Origin: an uncultured Desulfarculus sp.
Lineage (GTDB): Bacteria; Desulfobacterota; Desulfarculia; Desulfarculales; Desulfarculaceae
Direction of reading: 5' to 3'
NCBI GenBank assembly: GCA_963665125.2
Contig: CAXXUK010000001.1
Coordinates: forward strand, 1,056,001-1,120,000
DNA length: 64,000 nucleotides
Shown one piece after another: positions 20,086 through 30,472 of this stretch; position 1 is the first letter of the stretch, and every line of letters starts with the position of its first letter. Under the pieces are notes generated by a model, which worked only from the letters and a program-made list of their open reading frames with translations, did no database searches and was not told the origin of the DNA. A program made the translations under genes and the position numbers.

Positions 20086-21197
20086 AGTGGGCGTTGTACA
20101 ATCTGACCAGCACCACCCAGAGCGGCGGTGTGGAAACCGGGGTCTGGCGTCTGGCCAATACCCTGGCCGCCATGGGTCATCAAGTTGATATCATTGGTGG
20201 AACGGTTAAAATAAACCTGCCTCGGACTCATGAGTTGGTGCGGGTTGTCGAGTTCGGCTATCGCGACCGGGACAATTTTCCCGATTTGGGTTCACGGGCC
20301 CGCAAATTCATGGAGCGCCTCAGTTTCGCCTGCAACGCCGGGCCCATGCTGCGCGGTAACGGTTATGACAGGGTGATGCTGTTCAAGACCTATGACGTGG
20401 CGCCGGGGCTGTGGTACATGCGGGGCAGGCCCGGCCTGGTCGGCTACCTGAGCGGAGGCACCGAGTATTATCCCGGCTATGCCCGGCTGGGCCGTAAATT
20501 GGACTATCTGGCCTGCGTCAGCCGGTTCAACGCGGCACAGATGACCAAGGCCACCGGCTTGGCGCCCGAAGTGAACTACCTTGGTGTTGATACGGATTGC
20601 TTTTATCCCGCCGAGCCGGATAAGGAGCTGGCCGAAGCCGCTGGAATCGAACCGGATGATGAGGTGATCGTCAGCGCCGTGCGTCTGGTTGCCTTAAAGG
20701 GCGTGCAGCGGGCCATCCAGGCCATGGCCCTGTTGGCCGAGAAACGGCCCCGCCTGCGCATGCTGGTGGCCGGCCAGGGGCCATACAAGTCCGAACTGGA
20801 AAAAGAGGCCCAACGGCTGGGGCTGAAAAACAGGGTCTTTTTCACGGGGCTCTTGCCCCAGGAGCGTCTGGCCGGCTTCTACGCCCTGGGTCATGTCGCC
20901 GTGTTCCCCAGCCTTGGCGAGGAGGCCCTGGGCCTTTCTCCGGCCGAGGCCATGGCCTGCGGGGTGCCGGTGATCGCCAGCGACTTGGGCGGCCTGCCAG
21001 AGGTTGTCGGAGACTGCGGAATCCTGGTTCGGCAGCGCGACGTGCAAAGCCTGGCCACGGCCATCGAGAGGCTAATTGATGACGGTACTTTGCGTGAGCG
21101 GATGATCTCCGGCGGCAAGCAGCGGGTCTTGAAGCTGTTTACATGGCAGGCCTGCGCCCAAAGAATGATCGACGGATTCAAGCCAAAGGGAGACTAA
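20082..21197 (+). CDS. GT4 glycosyltransferase
   Basis: GGVE, GVDT..F, RLV..KG and EALGL...EAMACGVPVI. Confidence 0.87.
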   Translation: MKWALYNLTSTTQSGGVETGVWRLANTLAAMGHQVDIIGGTVKINLPRTHELVRVVEFGYRDRDNFPDLGSRARKFMERLSFACNAGPMLRGNGYDRVMLFKTYDVAPGLWYMRGRPGLVGYLSGGTEYYPGYARLGRKLDYLACVSRFNAAQMTKATGLAPEVNYLGVDTDCFYPAEPDKELAEAAGIEPDDEVIVSAVRLVALKGVQRAIQAMALLAEKRPRLRMLVAGQGPYKSELEKEAQRLGLKNRVFFTGLLPQERLAGFYALGHVAVFPSLGEEALGLSPAEAMACGVPVIASDLGGLPEVVGDCGILVRQRDVQSLATAIERLIDDGTLRERMISGGKQRVLKLFTWQACAQRMIDGFKPKGD

Positions 21198-21198
21198 A

Positions 21199-22284
21199 TT
21201 GTCAGTCCTTTCGAGGCTATTCAACATAATAATACTGCACCGTTTCAACGATGACCCCGGCCCCTACGATGCATCAAAGGTCAGGAAAATCCTGGTGGTG
21301 CGCAACGACAACATAGGCGATGTGATCTGTACCACGCCCATGCTCGACGCCCTCAGGGAGGCCTTCCCCCAGGCCCATATCGCCGCGGTTGTCTGCACCC
21401 TGGCCGAAGAGGCCATCACCGGCCACCGGGCCCTGGACAAGCTGTGGGTCTACCCCAAGGCCAAACACAAGCAATACGGCGCGTGGCAATCTCTGCGCAT
21501 GCTGCAAAAGATGTTGTCCGACATCCGCCGCGAAGGCTATGACCTGGTCCTGGCCCCGCGGTCGTCGTTTTCGTCGTCCCAGGCCTGGCTGGCCTATGCC
21601 AGCGGCGGACGCTGGCGCTATGGCCCAAGGGCAAAAGGCAAAAAGGAGCGGTGGGCATTTTATTACAACATGGGCGTGGATTGGCCGCCAAGCAACATCC
21701 ACGAGGTCCAGCGTTGCTTTGATTTGCTCAGGCATATCAATGTTGACAGCGCCGATAAAAGTTTATATCTGAATGTTCCAAAAGAGTCTGCGGACAAAGC
21801 CGCAGCTTTTTTGAAAAAACACGGCTTGAAACCCGGCAGTCCACCCATATTGGTCAACGTTACGCGGTGGCAGTACAGCGCTTTTCGGCGTTGGCCCGAG
21901 GAACGCTACCGTCAACTGGTCGAGAGGCTGATGAAACGGCCCGAGGGATTGGTGGTCACCCATGCCCCGGCCGACCGGGAATGGATCTCCGGCCTGCTTG
22001 CCGGGCTGGATGTTCCGGTTTTCTGGTCCAGGAGCCTCAAGGATTTCGCGGCCATGATCAAGTCTGTGTCTGTGTTCGCCACTGTTGAAGGCGGGCCCAT
22101 GCACATCGCGGCGGCCGTGCATACGCCCCAGGTGGTTATCTGGAGCAAACGCACACCCCTTGATGTCTGGACACCGTGGAACGCGCCGTTTTTACCGCTC
22201 AAGGCCGAGGAGAAAGTGGAGGAAATCCAGGTTGACGCCGTGGTGAAGGCTGTGGAAAAGTTGTTGGCGGAACGAGAGGTTTAG
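21199..22284 (+). CDS. GT9 glycosyltransferase
   Basis: VRNDNIGDVI.TTP, RRWP and EGGPMHIAAA. Confidence 0.82.
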   Translation: MSVLSRLFNIIILHRFNDDPGPYDASKVRKILVVRNDNIGDVICTTPMLDALREAFPQAHIAAVVCTLAEEAITGHRALDKLWVYPKAKHKQYGAWQSLRMLQKMLSDIRREGYDLVLAPRSSFSSSQAWLAYASGGRWRYGPRAKGKKERWAFYYNMGVDWPPSNIHEVQRCFDLLRHINVDSADKSLYLNVPKESADKAAAFLKKHGLKPGSPPILVNVTRWQYSAFRRWPEERYRQLVERLMKRPEGLVVTHAPADREWISGLLAGLDVPVFWSRSLKDFAAMIKSVSVFATVEGGPMHIAAAVHTPQVVIWSKRTPLDVWTPWNAPFLPLKAEEKVEEIQVDAVVKAVEKLLAEREV

Positions 22285-22286
22285 TT

Positions 22287-23321
22287 ATGGCACTGGCCTT
22301 TGATATACAAAAAATGAAAGACGCCGTGGAACGATTTTCCATGGCCCGCATCCTGGTCATCGGCGATGTGATGCTCGATCAATTCATCTGGGGCAGGGTG
22401 GGGCGCATTTCGCCCGAGGCCCCGGTGCCGGTGGTGGAGGTCGACCAGGAGACATACATGCTCGGCGGCGCGGCCAACGTGGTGCACAACCTGGCCGCCT
22501 TGGGCTGCCGTACTTTGGTCTGCGGTTTGGTGGGCGACGACGAAGCGGGACGCCAGGTGTGCGAGCTGCTGGAAGACCTTGAGGTGCCCTGCGACGGCAT
22601 AATCAAGTCCGACTCCCGGCCCACGACGGTCAAGACCCGTGTCGTGGCCCACAGTCAGCAGGTGGTCAGAGTAGACCGGGAACACCGCCTGCCGGCCAGG
22701 GACGCGGAAATCGAGGATTTGCAGGCATACCTGGACAAGGTTCTGCCCGACTGCGACGCCGTGATCATCAGCGACTACGCCAAGGGCGTAATCACCGGCA
22801 GGCTGCTGGAGCCGCTGATGCAAAAATCCCGCAAGGGCCAGAAAATAATAACCGTGGACCCCAAAGTGGTGAACATGTCGCTTTACGCCGGGGCCACCGT
22901 GATTACGCCCAACCACCACGAGGCCGTGGCCGCGGCCCGCATCAACGGCGACGATCCCAAGGCGGTGATCAAGGCCGGGCGGCGGCTGCTGGAAGAACTG
23001 GAAGCCCGCTACGTGTTGGTGACCCAGAGCGAAAGAGGCATGACCCTGTTCACCAAGGGCCACGAGACCCACATTCCGACAATGGCTAAAAAAGTCTTTG
23101 ACGTCACCGGAGCCGGCGATACGGTGATCAGCACCCTGACCCTTGGGCTGGTGGCCGGGCTGACCCCCCAGGACGCCGCGGCCATGGCCAACTTCGCCGC
23201 CGGAGTGGTGGTCGGCGAGGTGGGCACATCTGCCGTTACGGCGGGCAGGCTGGCCCGGGCCCTGGATGAAAACGCCCAGGCCCTGTCTCAGCTTAGCCTG
23301 GAAAACCATAATGCTCACTAG
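22287..23321 (+). CDS. rfaE1: D-glycero-beta-D-manno-heptose-7-phosphate kinase (stand-alone RfaE domain I, PfkB family)
   Basis: GDVMLD, RISPEAPVPV, GGAANV, SDYAKG, TPN..E and DVTGAGDT. Confidence 0.93.
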   Translation: MALAFDIQKMKDAVERFSMARILVIGDVMLDQFIWGRVGRISPEAPVPVVEVDQETYMLGGAANVVHNLAALGCRTLVCGLVGDDEAGRQVCELLEDLEVPCDGIIKSDSRPTTVKTRVVAHSQQVVRVDREHRLPARDAEIEDLQAYLDKVLPDCDAVIISDYAKGVITGRLLEPLMQKSRKGQKIITVDPKVVNMSLYAGATVITPNHHEAVAAARINGDDPKAVIKAGRRLLEELEARYVLVTQSERGMTLFTKGHETHIPTMAKKVFDVTGAGDTVISTLTLGLVAGLTPQDAAAMANFAAGVVVGEVGTSAVTAGRLARALDENAQALSQLSLENHNAH

Positions 23322-23330
23322 GGCGGTGCG

Positions 23331-24614
23331 ATGATTGCCAGCCATGCATTAAACATGAACCGGCAAATACTGGCGGGCTGTTCCTTCCGCACGGCGCGGA
23401 TATTTCTGCTCCTGCTGATAATTGTCCTGCCCATGGCCGCCATAACCGCCACCCGCGAGGTGGCCATGGCCGGCTTGGCCCTGTTTCTGGCCATAAGCTG
23501 GTGGGCCCGTAACGGCCTGAGTTTTCGTAAAACCGCGGTTTTTCTGCCCTTGGTTTTTTACGCCTTTTGCGCCGTGTTCAGCCTGGTTTCGGCCGTGGAT
23601 TTCAAATACTCGCTCAGCGAGGTGCGCTCCGAGATTATCAAGCCGCTGGTTATTTTCTACAGCGGAGTGCATTTTGTGGATCGACCCGAACACCTGCGCC
23701 AGGCCTATGCCGGAATCCTGGTCTGCGCGGCGTTGATGGTGGTCTGCGGCATCCTGCTGTTTTTCCATAACGGCGGCAGCCTGCTCAACTATCAGCTACG
23801 GGCCGGGTCTTTGCACAACGGCTACGGCACGTTCAGCACCTTCCTGGTGACCGTCTGGCCGTTTGTCGTGCTGTCGGCTTTTATCTTCGATCAGCAGAGT
23901 TTGCGCAAGCCTCTCTGGCTGTTGACCGGCCTGACGGCCTTTGCCGGCTACATCACCTTCAGCCGGGCGTGCTGGATGAGCATGCTTGTGGAATTGTGGC
24001 TGGTTTGGGTTGTAATCAGCAAGAAACGGCTCAAGGTCCTGGCGTCCGGCGTGGCCGTGATTTTGATCGGGCTGTTTATTTTCTCCATGCTGCCCGGATC
24101 GCGCCACGGCGAAAATTGGGATGAACTCATGGACCGGCCCCACGAAATAGGCGGAACCACCGGTGACCTGTTCGTAGTGTGGGAACACACCCTGGGCCAG
24201 ATAGCCAAACACCCGTTTACGGGAATCGGCCTGGGCCGTCACAGCTTTTCCAAGGCGTATCCGGACTTTCGTGACGATAATCAGCCGCTTTTGTGGCACG
24301 CTCACAATATGTTTTTGGATATAGGCGTACAAACCGGCGTACAAGGGCTGCTGGCCCTGTTGTGGTTCCTCGGCGCGCTTGTATACTATTGCTGGCCCAG
24401 AGCGCCGCTCCAAACCGGCCATGTGGGCTCCGTGTTCTGCGCGGCAACGGCGATAATGATCGCCGGTTTCTGCCTGCGCAATATGACAGACGACTTTTAT
24501 GCCGATGACTCGGCGCTGATGGTCTATCTTCTGGCAGGATTGGCCATGGGCGCCTACGAGGTCTTCACTGCGAAAAGCGAGGGCGACGCGGTCACGGCAG
24601 AGAACAATAAATAA
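23331..24614 (+). CDS. waaL: O-antigen ligase family protein (Wzy_C)
   Basis: Polytopic membrane protein with TFSRA.W, HPFTGIG and HAHNMFL. Confidence 0.78.
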   Translation: MIASHALNMNRQILAGCSFRTARIFLLLLIIVLPMAAITATREVAMAGLALFLAISWWARNGLSFRKTAVFLPLVFYAFCAVFSLVSAVDFKYSLSEVRSEIIKPLVIFYSGVHFVDRPEHLRQAYAGILVCAALMVVCGILLFFHNGGSLLNYQLRAGSLHNGYGTFSTFLVTVWPFVVLSAFIFDQQSLRKPLWLLTGLTAFAGYITFSRACWMSMLVELWLVWVVISKKRLKVLASGVAVILIGLFIFSMLPGSRHGENWDELMDRPHEIGGTTGDLFVVWEHTLGQIAKHPFTGIGLGRHSFSKAYPDFRDDNQPLLWHAHNMFLDIGVQTGVQGLLALLWFLGALVYYCWPRAPLQTGHVGSVFCAATAIMIAGFCLRNMTDDFYADDSALMVYLLAGLAMGAYEVFTAKSEGDAVTAENNK

Positions 24615-24626
24615 GGATTTTTTAGC

Positions 24627-25937
24627 ATGAATATATGCGTCGTTGGCGTTGGTTACGTCGGCCTGGTTACCGGCACCTGCTTTGCCGAGTTCGGCCTCAA
24701 TGTCACTTGCGTTGATATTGATCCCCAGAAAATAGAAATGCTCAAACAGGGCAAATCGCCTATCTTCGAGCCGGGTCTTGAAGAACTCATGTCCAAAAAC
24801 ACCAGGGAAGGCCGTCTGCACTTTACCACCGACGTGGAAAAAAGCGTTGCCAACGCCTTGGTTGTGTTCATTGCCGTGGGCACGCCCCAGGGTGACGACG
24901 GCGCGGCTGATCTGCATTACGTCTATGACGTGGCCGAGGCAATCGGCCGGAACATGAACTCCTACAAGGTAGTGGTCACCAAGTCCACCGTGCCGGTGGG
25001 TACGGGCCAGAAAGTGGCCGAGGTTATCCGCAAGAACCAGAAAACGCCCATGAAATTCGATATGGTCTCCAACCCGGAGTTTTTGCGGGAAGGCTCGGCC
25101 ATCGAAGACTTCATGCGGCCCAACCGGGTGGTGATCGGCGCCGAGAGCGATCAGGCCCAGGCCATAATGAAAGACCTCTACGCCCCGTTGTACCTTATCG
25201 AGACCCCCTTTGTGGTCACCAACGTCGAAACGGCCGAGATGATCAAATACGCCTCCAACGCGTTTCTGGCCACCAAGATCAGCTTTATCAACGAGATGGC
25301 CAATATCTGCGAATTGGTCGGCGCCGACGTGCAGACCGTGGCCAAGGGCATGGGCCTGGATAGGCGCATCGGGCCCAAGTTCCTGCATGCCGGGCCCGGC
25401 TACGGCGGATCCTGCTTCCCCAAGGACACCGAAGCCATCGCCCACATAGCCAAGCAAAAGGGCTACACCTTCAAGATCGTCGAGACGGTGATGGAGGTGA
25501 ATCGCAACCAGCGTTTGATCATGACCGAAAAGATCAAAAAAGCCCTTGGCGGCGACGTGTCCGGCAAGACCATCGGCTGCCTGGGCCTGACCTTCAAGCC
25601 CAACACCGATGACATGCGCGAGGCGCCCAGCCTGACCATCCTGCCCGCCCTGATTCAGCAGGGGGCCACGGTCCGGGCCTTTGACCCGGTGGGCATGGAG
25701 GCCGCGGCGCCGCTTTTGGACGGCGTTGTGATGTGCGAAAACGCCTACGACGCCGTAAACGGCTGCGACGCCATGGTCCTGATGACCGAATGGAACCAGT
25801 TCCGCAACCTGGATCTGGAGAGGATCAAGCAGGCCATGAACGGCAATGTTATCTGCGACCTGCGCAATGTCTACAAAAAGGACCGTATGGTCCAGTGGGG
25901 CTTTGACTACCATAGCGTCGGCCGGGCCATAGACTAG
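24627..25937 (+). CDS. ugd: UDP-glucose 6-dehydrogenase
   Basis: GVGYVG, KSTVPVG, SNPEFLREG, GYGGSCFPKD and FKPNTDDMRE. Confidence 0.95.
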   Translation: MNICVVGVGYVGLVTGTCFAEFGLNVTCVDIDPQKIEMLKQGKSPIFEPGLEELMSKNTREGRLHFTTDVEKSVANALVVFIAVGTPQGDDGAADLHYVYDVAEAIGRNMNSYKVVVTKSTVPVGTGQKVAEVIRKNQKTPMKFDMVSNPEFLREGSAIEDFMRPNRVVIGAESDQAQAIMKDLYAPLYLIETPFVVTNVETAEMIKYASNAFLATKISFINEMANICELVGADVQTVAKGMGLDRRIGPKFLHAGPGYGGSCFPKDTEAIAHIAKQKGYTFKIVETVMEVNRNQRLIMTEKIKKALGGDVSGKTIGCLGLTFKPNTDDMREAPSLTILPALIQQGATVRAFDPVGMEAAAPLLDGVVMCENAYDAVNGCDAMVLMTEWNQFRNLDLERIKQAMNGNVICDLRNVYKKDRMVQWGFDYHSVGRAID

Positions 25938-25954
25938 GGCCGGGGCGGCCGGGC

Positions 25955-26494
25955 GTGGGCGAGTCAGCGAAGCTGGTGATTAGTCTGCTAGCTTCCGACG
26001 AGGCTATGCGGCTCAAGGCGCTTGATGGTTTGGTCAATGAGTTCGGTCCCCTTGTTTCCATGAGCCGGCCCCTGACGTTTGTCCACGGCGGTTATTATGA
26101 CCAGGAAATGGGGACGGGCCTGACCCGCAAGATCGCCGCGTTTCATGAGTTGGTGAAGCCCGACGACCTGGAGCGCATCAAACGGCGCTGCATGGACCTG
26201 GAGCGGCAATTGTCCGTCGACGGCGGGCGCACGGTAAATATCGATCCCGGTCTGCTCGGTTCCGGTTCGCTGGTCCTGGCCACCCATAAACCGGCGCTAC
26301 ACCGCACGCCAATGGGGCAGGGTCTTTTTTGCGAGCTTACGCTGTTTTTTCACCAGGGCCGGTTCCAGCCTCAGGTATGGACTTACCAGGACTACGCATC
26401 GGAAGAAATAATTCAAATACTGACATTGCTGCGGCAACGGTATTTATGGCAGCTTAGACATCTAGGCAACGGCAACAAGGAGCCAAATCAATGA
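25955..26494 (+). CDS. DUF4416 family protein
   Basis: YY..EMG..L.R, R.VNIDPG, LVLAT.K and WTY.DY. Confidence 0.8.
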   Translation: MGESAKLVISLLASDEAMRLKALDGLVNEFGPLVSMSRPLTFVHGGYYDQEMGTGLTRKIAAFHELVKPDDLERIKRRCMDLERQLSVDGGRTVNIDPGLLGSGSLVLATHKPALHRTPMGQGLFCELTLFFHQGRFQPQVWTYQDYASEEIIQILTLLRQRYLWQLRHLGNGNKEPNQ

Positions 26495-27372
26495 TTAAAT
26501 CCATGACAGGATATGGCCGGGGCCAAACGGCGGTGGCCGACGGCCAGTGGATCGTCGAATTCCGTACGGTCAATTCCCGCTTTTTGGATGTTCACCTGCG
26601 GGCCCCGTCGGGCATTCTGGCCCTGGAGGACCGCATCAAGAAGGCCATCGGCGCCCGGATAAGCCGGGGCCGGGTGAATATCAGCATCACGGCCAGCGGA
26701 GCTGTCGAGGCCACCCCCAAGCTGGTGCTCAACAAACCCCTGTTTGACCAATACAGGGAGGTTGTCCGGCAGGTCGAAACCGAGCTGGGCATGGACAGGC
26801 CGGTGGGCGCCTGGCCCTATCTCAACTACCGCGACATGATCCTTACCGAGGAACAAACGCCCGACCTGGACAATACCTGGAGCCAGCTCGAACCGGCGAT
26901 AAACATGGCCCTGGACGAGGCCGAGCAAATGCGCGTCGCCGAGGGAGAGTCGCTCAAACAGGACTTCATCACCAGGCTGGAGAGGCTGGACGGCCTGTTC
27001 AAGGAAGTGGCCAAGCGTTCGCCGGAAATCGTGGAAAACTACCGCCAACGCTTGTTGGAGCGGGTGGCCAAGCTGATGAACGGCGACATGGAGCCCGACC
27101 CGGAGCGCCTGGCCACCGAAGTGGCCATTATCGCCGACAAATGCGACGTAACCGAAGAGGCGGTCCGGGCCCAAAGCCATTTGGAGCAGTTCCAGACCTT
27201 TTTGGCGGACGCAGAGCCCGTGGGACGCAAGCTTGATTTCCTGCTTCAGGAACTCAACCGCGAGGCCAACACCATGGGCTCCAAGAGCCCCGACGCCGCG
27301 GCCAGCAGCGTCGTGGTGGAGATCAAAGCCGAATTGGAGCGCCTGCGGGAGCAGGTTCAGAATATCGAGTAG
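26491..27372 (+). CDS. yicC: YicC/YloC family endoribonuclease
   Basis: [38 protein letters not shown] and REQVQNIE. Confidence 0.95.
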   Translation: MIKSMTGYGRGQTAVADGQWIVEFRTVNSRFLDVHLRAPSGILALEDRIKKAIGARISRGRVNISITASGAVEATPKLVLNKPLFDQYREVVRQVETELGMDRPVGAWPYLNYRDMILTEEQTPDLDNTWSQLEPAINMALDEAEQMRVAEGESLKQDFITRLERLDGLFKEVAKRSPEIVENYRQRLLERVAKLMNGDMEPDPERLATEVAIIADKCDVTEEAVRAQSHLEQFQTFLADAEPVGRKLDFLLQELNREANTMGSKSPDAAASSVVVEIKAELERLREQVQNIE

Positions 27373-27379
27373 GGGACCA

Positions 27380-27664
27380 ATGCCCAACAAACTGATGAAC
27401 CTGGGATTTGGCAACGCCGTGGTGGCCCGGCGGGTGGTGGCAATATTGAGCCCCAACAGCGCGCCCATGAAACGGTTGCGCGAGGAGGCGCGCCAGGCCG
27501 ACAAGCTCCTGGACGCGACCCAGGGACGCCGCACCCGCTCCATTATCATCACCGACACAGGACATGTGATTCTTAGCGCCATCCAGACCGAGACCATGGC
27601 CCAGCGCTACGAAAACACCTCTTGGGACGGCCACAACCTTCCCCTCGATGTGGAAGAGTCCTGA
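27380..27664 (+). CDS. remA: DUF370/RemA family protein
   Basis: LMNLGFGN.V...[23 protein letters not shown] and LSAIQ.ET. Confidence 0.9.
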   Translation: MPNKLMNLGFGNAVVARRVVAILSPNSAPMKRLREEARQADKLLDATQGRRTRSIIITDTGHVILSAIQTETMAQRYENTSWDGHNLPLDVEES

Positions 27665-27665
27665 T

Positions 27666-28274
27666 ATGAGCGACCATGGGCAGATATTCGTTCTTTCCGG
27701 ACCGCCGGGGGCGGGCAAATCAACGGCCGGGGCCAAAGTGCGCGAGCATATGACGGACTTGGCCTACTCGGTCAGCTATACTACCAGGGATCCAAGGCCG
27801 GGCGAACAGGACGGGGTTGATTATCATTTCGTCACCCGCGACGAGTTTGAAAAGCGCCGGACCTCCGGCGATATACTGGAGTACGTGGAGATCTTCGGTA
27901 ACCTATACGGCACCTCGGCCCAGGTCATCGAAGAGACCGTGAACCAGGGGCATGATTTGTTTCTCGACACCGATGTCAACGGCGGCGCGGCCCTGCGCGA
28001 GCGCTACCCCGAAGGCGTGTTCATCTTCATCGTGCCGCCTTCCCGGGCCGAGCTTGAGCGCAGGCTGCGGGACCGGGGCACCGAGACCGAGGACAACATC
28101 CGCCAGCGCCTGGACCGGGTGGCCTATGAAATAGGCGCGGCAAAAAACTACACCCATCTGGTGTTCAACGATGATCTTGATGAAGCAGTGGCCCAGATCG
28201 AGGCCATCATCAAGACCGACCGCCTGCGCACATCCCGCCAGATGGCGGCACTGCGCAAGGAATGGGGCATCTGA
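27666..28274 (+). CDS. gmk: Guanylate kinase
   Basis: SGPPGAGKST, SYTTRDPRPGE.DGVDYHF, YGT and PPS..EL..RL..RGTE. Confidence 0.95.
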   Translation: MSDHGQIFVLSGPPGAGKSTAGAKVREHMTDLAYSVSYTTRDPRPGEQDGVDYHFVTRDEFEKRRTSGDILEYVEIFGNLYGTSAQVIEETVNQGHDLFLDTDVNGGAALRERYPEGVFIFIVPPSRAELERRLRDRGTETEDNIRQRLDRVAYEIGAAKNYTHLVFNDDLDEAVAQIEAIIKTDRLRTSRQMAALRKEWGI

Positions 28275-29042
28275 TTGACCGTCAATGATGATCAGCTGGT
28301 GGTGGGCCGCCATGCGGTGCAGGAATTTCTGGAGCAGTCGCCCCACAATGCCGTCGAACTGGTGGTGGCCTCCGGCGTAAAGCCCCAGTCCATCGGCAAA
28401 ATGCTGGATTTGGCCAAAAAACACGGCATCAAGGTTCGTTACGCCGGGCGCAAGCAACTGGACCAACTGGCCTCCGATGGCGCCGTGCACCAGGGACTGG
28501 TTCTGCGCACCTCCGGCGGGGCGGCCTACACCGATTGGCAGGATTTCTGCGACATTGTCCAGCAACAGGGCCGGGAGGCCCTGGTCGTGGTGGCCGACCA
28601 TGTCCAGGACCCGCACAATCTGGGGGCGATCATCCGTTCCTCGGCAGCGGCCGGGGCCTGCGGGGTGGTCATCCCCAAGGATCGGGCCTGCCAGCTGACC
28701 CCGGCGGTGATGAAGGCCTCGGCAGGGACTACCAGCCGCATCGCAGTATGCCGGGTGGCAAACCTGGGTCAGGCCGTCGATGAACTAAAGAAAATGGGGC
28801 TGTGGGCGGCGGCGGCGGCCACCAGGGGCGGCGAATCGCCTTGGGATATGGACCTAACTGGGCCGCTGGCTCTGGTGGTGGGCGGCGAACACAAGGGCGT
28901 ATCCCAGAAAATGGCGGAGCGCTGCGACTACCTGGCCACCTTCCCCCTGGCGCCGGGCGTGGAAAGCCTCAACGCCTCGGTGGCGGCGGCGGTGCTGCTT
29001 TTCGAGGTTGTGCGTCAACGGGCCGGGACGGCTGCTTCCTGA
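28275..29042 (+). CDS. rlmB: 23S rRNA Gm2251 methyltransferase
   Basis: GRHAV.E, HQG, DPHNLGAIIRS, KASAG, GGEHKG and SLNASVA. Confidence 0.92.
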   Translation: MTVNDDQLVVGRHAVQEFLEQSPHNAVELVVASGVKPQSIGKMLDLAKKHGIKVRYAGRKQLDQLASDGAVHQGLVLRTSGGAAYTDWQDFCDIVQQQGREALVVVADHVQDPHNLGAIIRSSAAAGACGVVIPKDRACQLTPAVMKASAGTTSRIAVCRVANLGQAVDELKKMGLWAAAAATRGGESPWDMDLTGPLALVVGGEHKGVSQKMAERCDYLATFPLAPGVESLNASVAAAVLLFEVVRQRAGTAAS

Positions 29043-30463
29043 TTCCGCTTGGGGCTGTTGTCAAAGGCCCCCTTGATAAAGGCCGAAGGGTAGTTGCCGA
29101 AGGGAACAACAGCAGAGTTCATCTCGATGATCACGAAGTCCTTGTTGAATATCCGCTTGTCCCAATCCATGTTCCAGACATCCAGCGTGGTCTTTTCCTC
29201 GGCCGGTTTGCCTGCCTCGTAGCGCCTGAAAAAGGTGTGATAGTAGTAGTAAAAATCCATCTGGTTGAACACTCCGTATTTGTGCATCAAATCCAGGATG
29301 ATCCAATTGAAGCTGCCGCCGACCAATGCCAGGCTTCCGGTGAACGTGCTTTCGTCCCTGACGGGAGTGACCTTTGGATGGGGGCTGGCAAAGTCATAGG
29401 GCTGGTAATAGAGGTTCAACAGTTCGGCCAGGTCGCGGTCATAGCCGGTGGGGCTGTTGTCGACCGCCACGTCGTCCAGCCGCAGCTTGACCAGCTTTTT
29501 GCCGCTGATCCGCTCAAGCTCGGCCAGCATGCCTTGCAGGGAATACACCGCGCCCAGGTCGTTCCAGTGGGTGCCGCCCTGGCAAAACAACGGTATGGGC
29601 TGTTTCTTGCGCCAGGCGTCCATGGCCTCTTGGGCGTCGTAAAAATTCACGCCGTATTTTTTCAGAAAAGGCAGCAGGATTTGCCGGTTGAGCTTGCCCG
29701 GCCTGCGGGACCGCTGGAACTGGTCGGGGATGTATTCCGGGTAGGTGGCGGCCTTGTTGGGGCTGATCAACAACAGAAAGCTTATGCCGCGTCCGGCCAG
29801 CAGATCCTGCAAGTCCCGGAGTTGTTTGGCGTAGATGTCGGCAAGGTCCGGCTGGGTCTGGTCGGCGATATCGTAATAAAACAGGATGTAGTTTTCTTCG
29901 TATAGCTGGCGCTTTTTGCCAACCACGATGGCCTTGTCATACATGTATGAGGTGTCGAACAGGTCATAAAAGAGCTGATTGTTGAGCTTAATGAACAAGG
30001 GGCGCAGGGCGAAATTCTCATTGAAATAATTGCTGAACTTTTCCTGATACTTGCCCGCGAACAGACCCTCCGCGCTGGCCAGGGGCTCATCCTTGGCGAT
30101 GTAGACGCCGTAGAGCTTTTTAAGGTCGTATTGGTCATAGCGCCAGCCGAACCATTCCTGGGCCGCGCCGGTCAACAGCGGCATGGCGAACAGGACCAGG
30201 CAACTGAGGGCCAACACAAACCGCAGAGCCCCGGCCGGCCTTCCGGGCCGGTCCACGATCGCGTCATTGCGGCTCAAGATGCCGGGGGCGTATTTTTCCA
30301 ATCCCAGGTGAATAACGAAAAACGCCGCGAAGCCGATGACGCAGGCCAGGAGACATTTCAGCGGGGCAAACGGCGCGGGGTAGTGCAGAACGATCTTGAC
30401 GCAATAGGCCAAAAGGGCCAGCCACAGACCGAGCAGGGCGAATTTTATGCGTGAAATTCTCAT
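29015..30463 (-). CDS. AlgJ/AlgX-like SGNH polysaccharide O-acetyltransferase
   Basis: N-terminal TMs, F..NF..R, VVGK, PNKA..YPE, THWN..G and GGSF; downstream of the MBOAT gene. Confidence 0.75.
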   Translation of the reverse strand: MRISRIKFALLGLWLALLAYCVKIVLHYPAPFAPLKCLLACVIGFAAFFVIHLGLEKYAPGILSRNDAIVDRPGRPAGALRFVLALSCLVLFAMPLLTGAAQEWFGWRYDQYDLKKLYGVYIAKDEPLASAEGLFAGKYQEKFSNYFNENFALRPLFIKLNNQLFYDLFDTSYMYDKAIVVGKKRQLYEENYILFYYDIADQTQPDLADIYAKQLRDLQDLLAGRGISFLLLISPNKAATYPEYIPDQFQRSRRPGKLNRQILLPFLKKYGVNFYDAQEAMDAWRKKQPIPLFCQGGTHWNDLGAVYSLQGMLAELERISGKKLVKLRLDDVAVDNSPTGYDRDLAELLNLYYQPYDFASPHPKVTPVRDESTFTGSLALVGGSFNWIILDLMHKYGVFNQMDFYYYYHTFFRRYEAGKPAEEKTTLDVWNMDWDKRIFNKDFVIIEMNSAVVPFGNYPSAFIKGAFDNSPKRNQEAAVPAR

Positions 30464-30472
30464 GCTTCGCCC

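Noticed and set aside
23796..25913. 705-aa minus-strand ORF
   Set aside because: It is an antisense shadow of waaL/ugd caused by GC-rich codon bias and has no recognisable motifs.
28802..29905. 367-aa plus-strand ORF overlapping rlmB and the algJ-like gene
   Set aside because: It overlaps two well-supported genes and shows no family signal.
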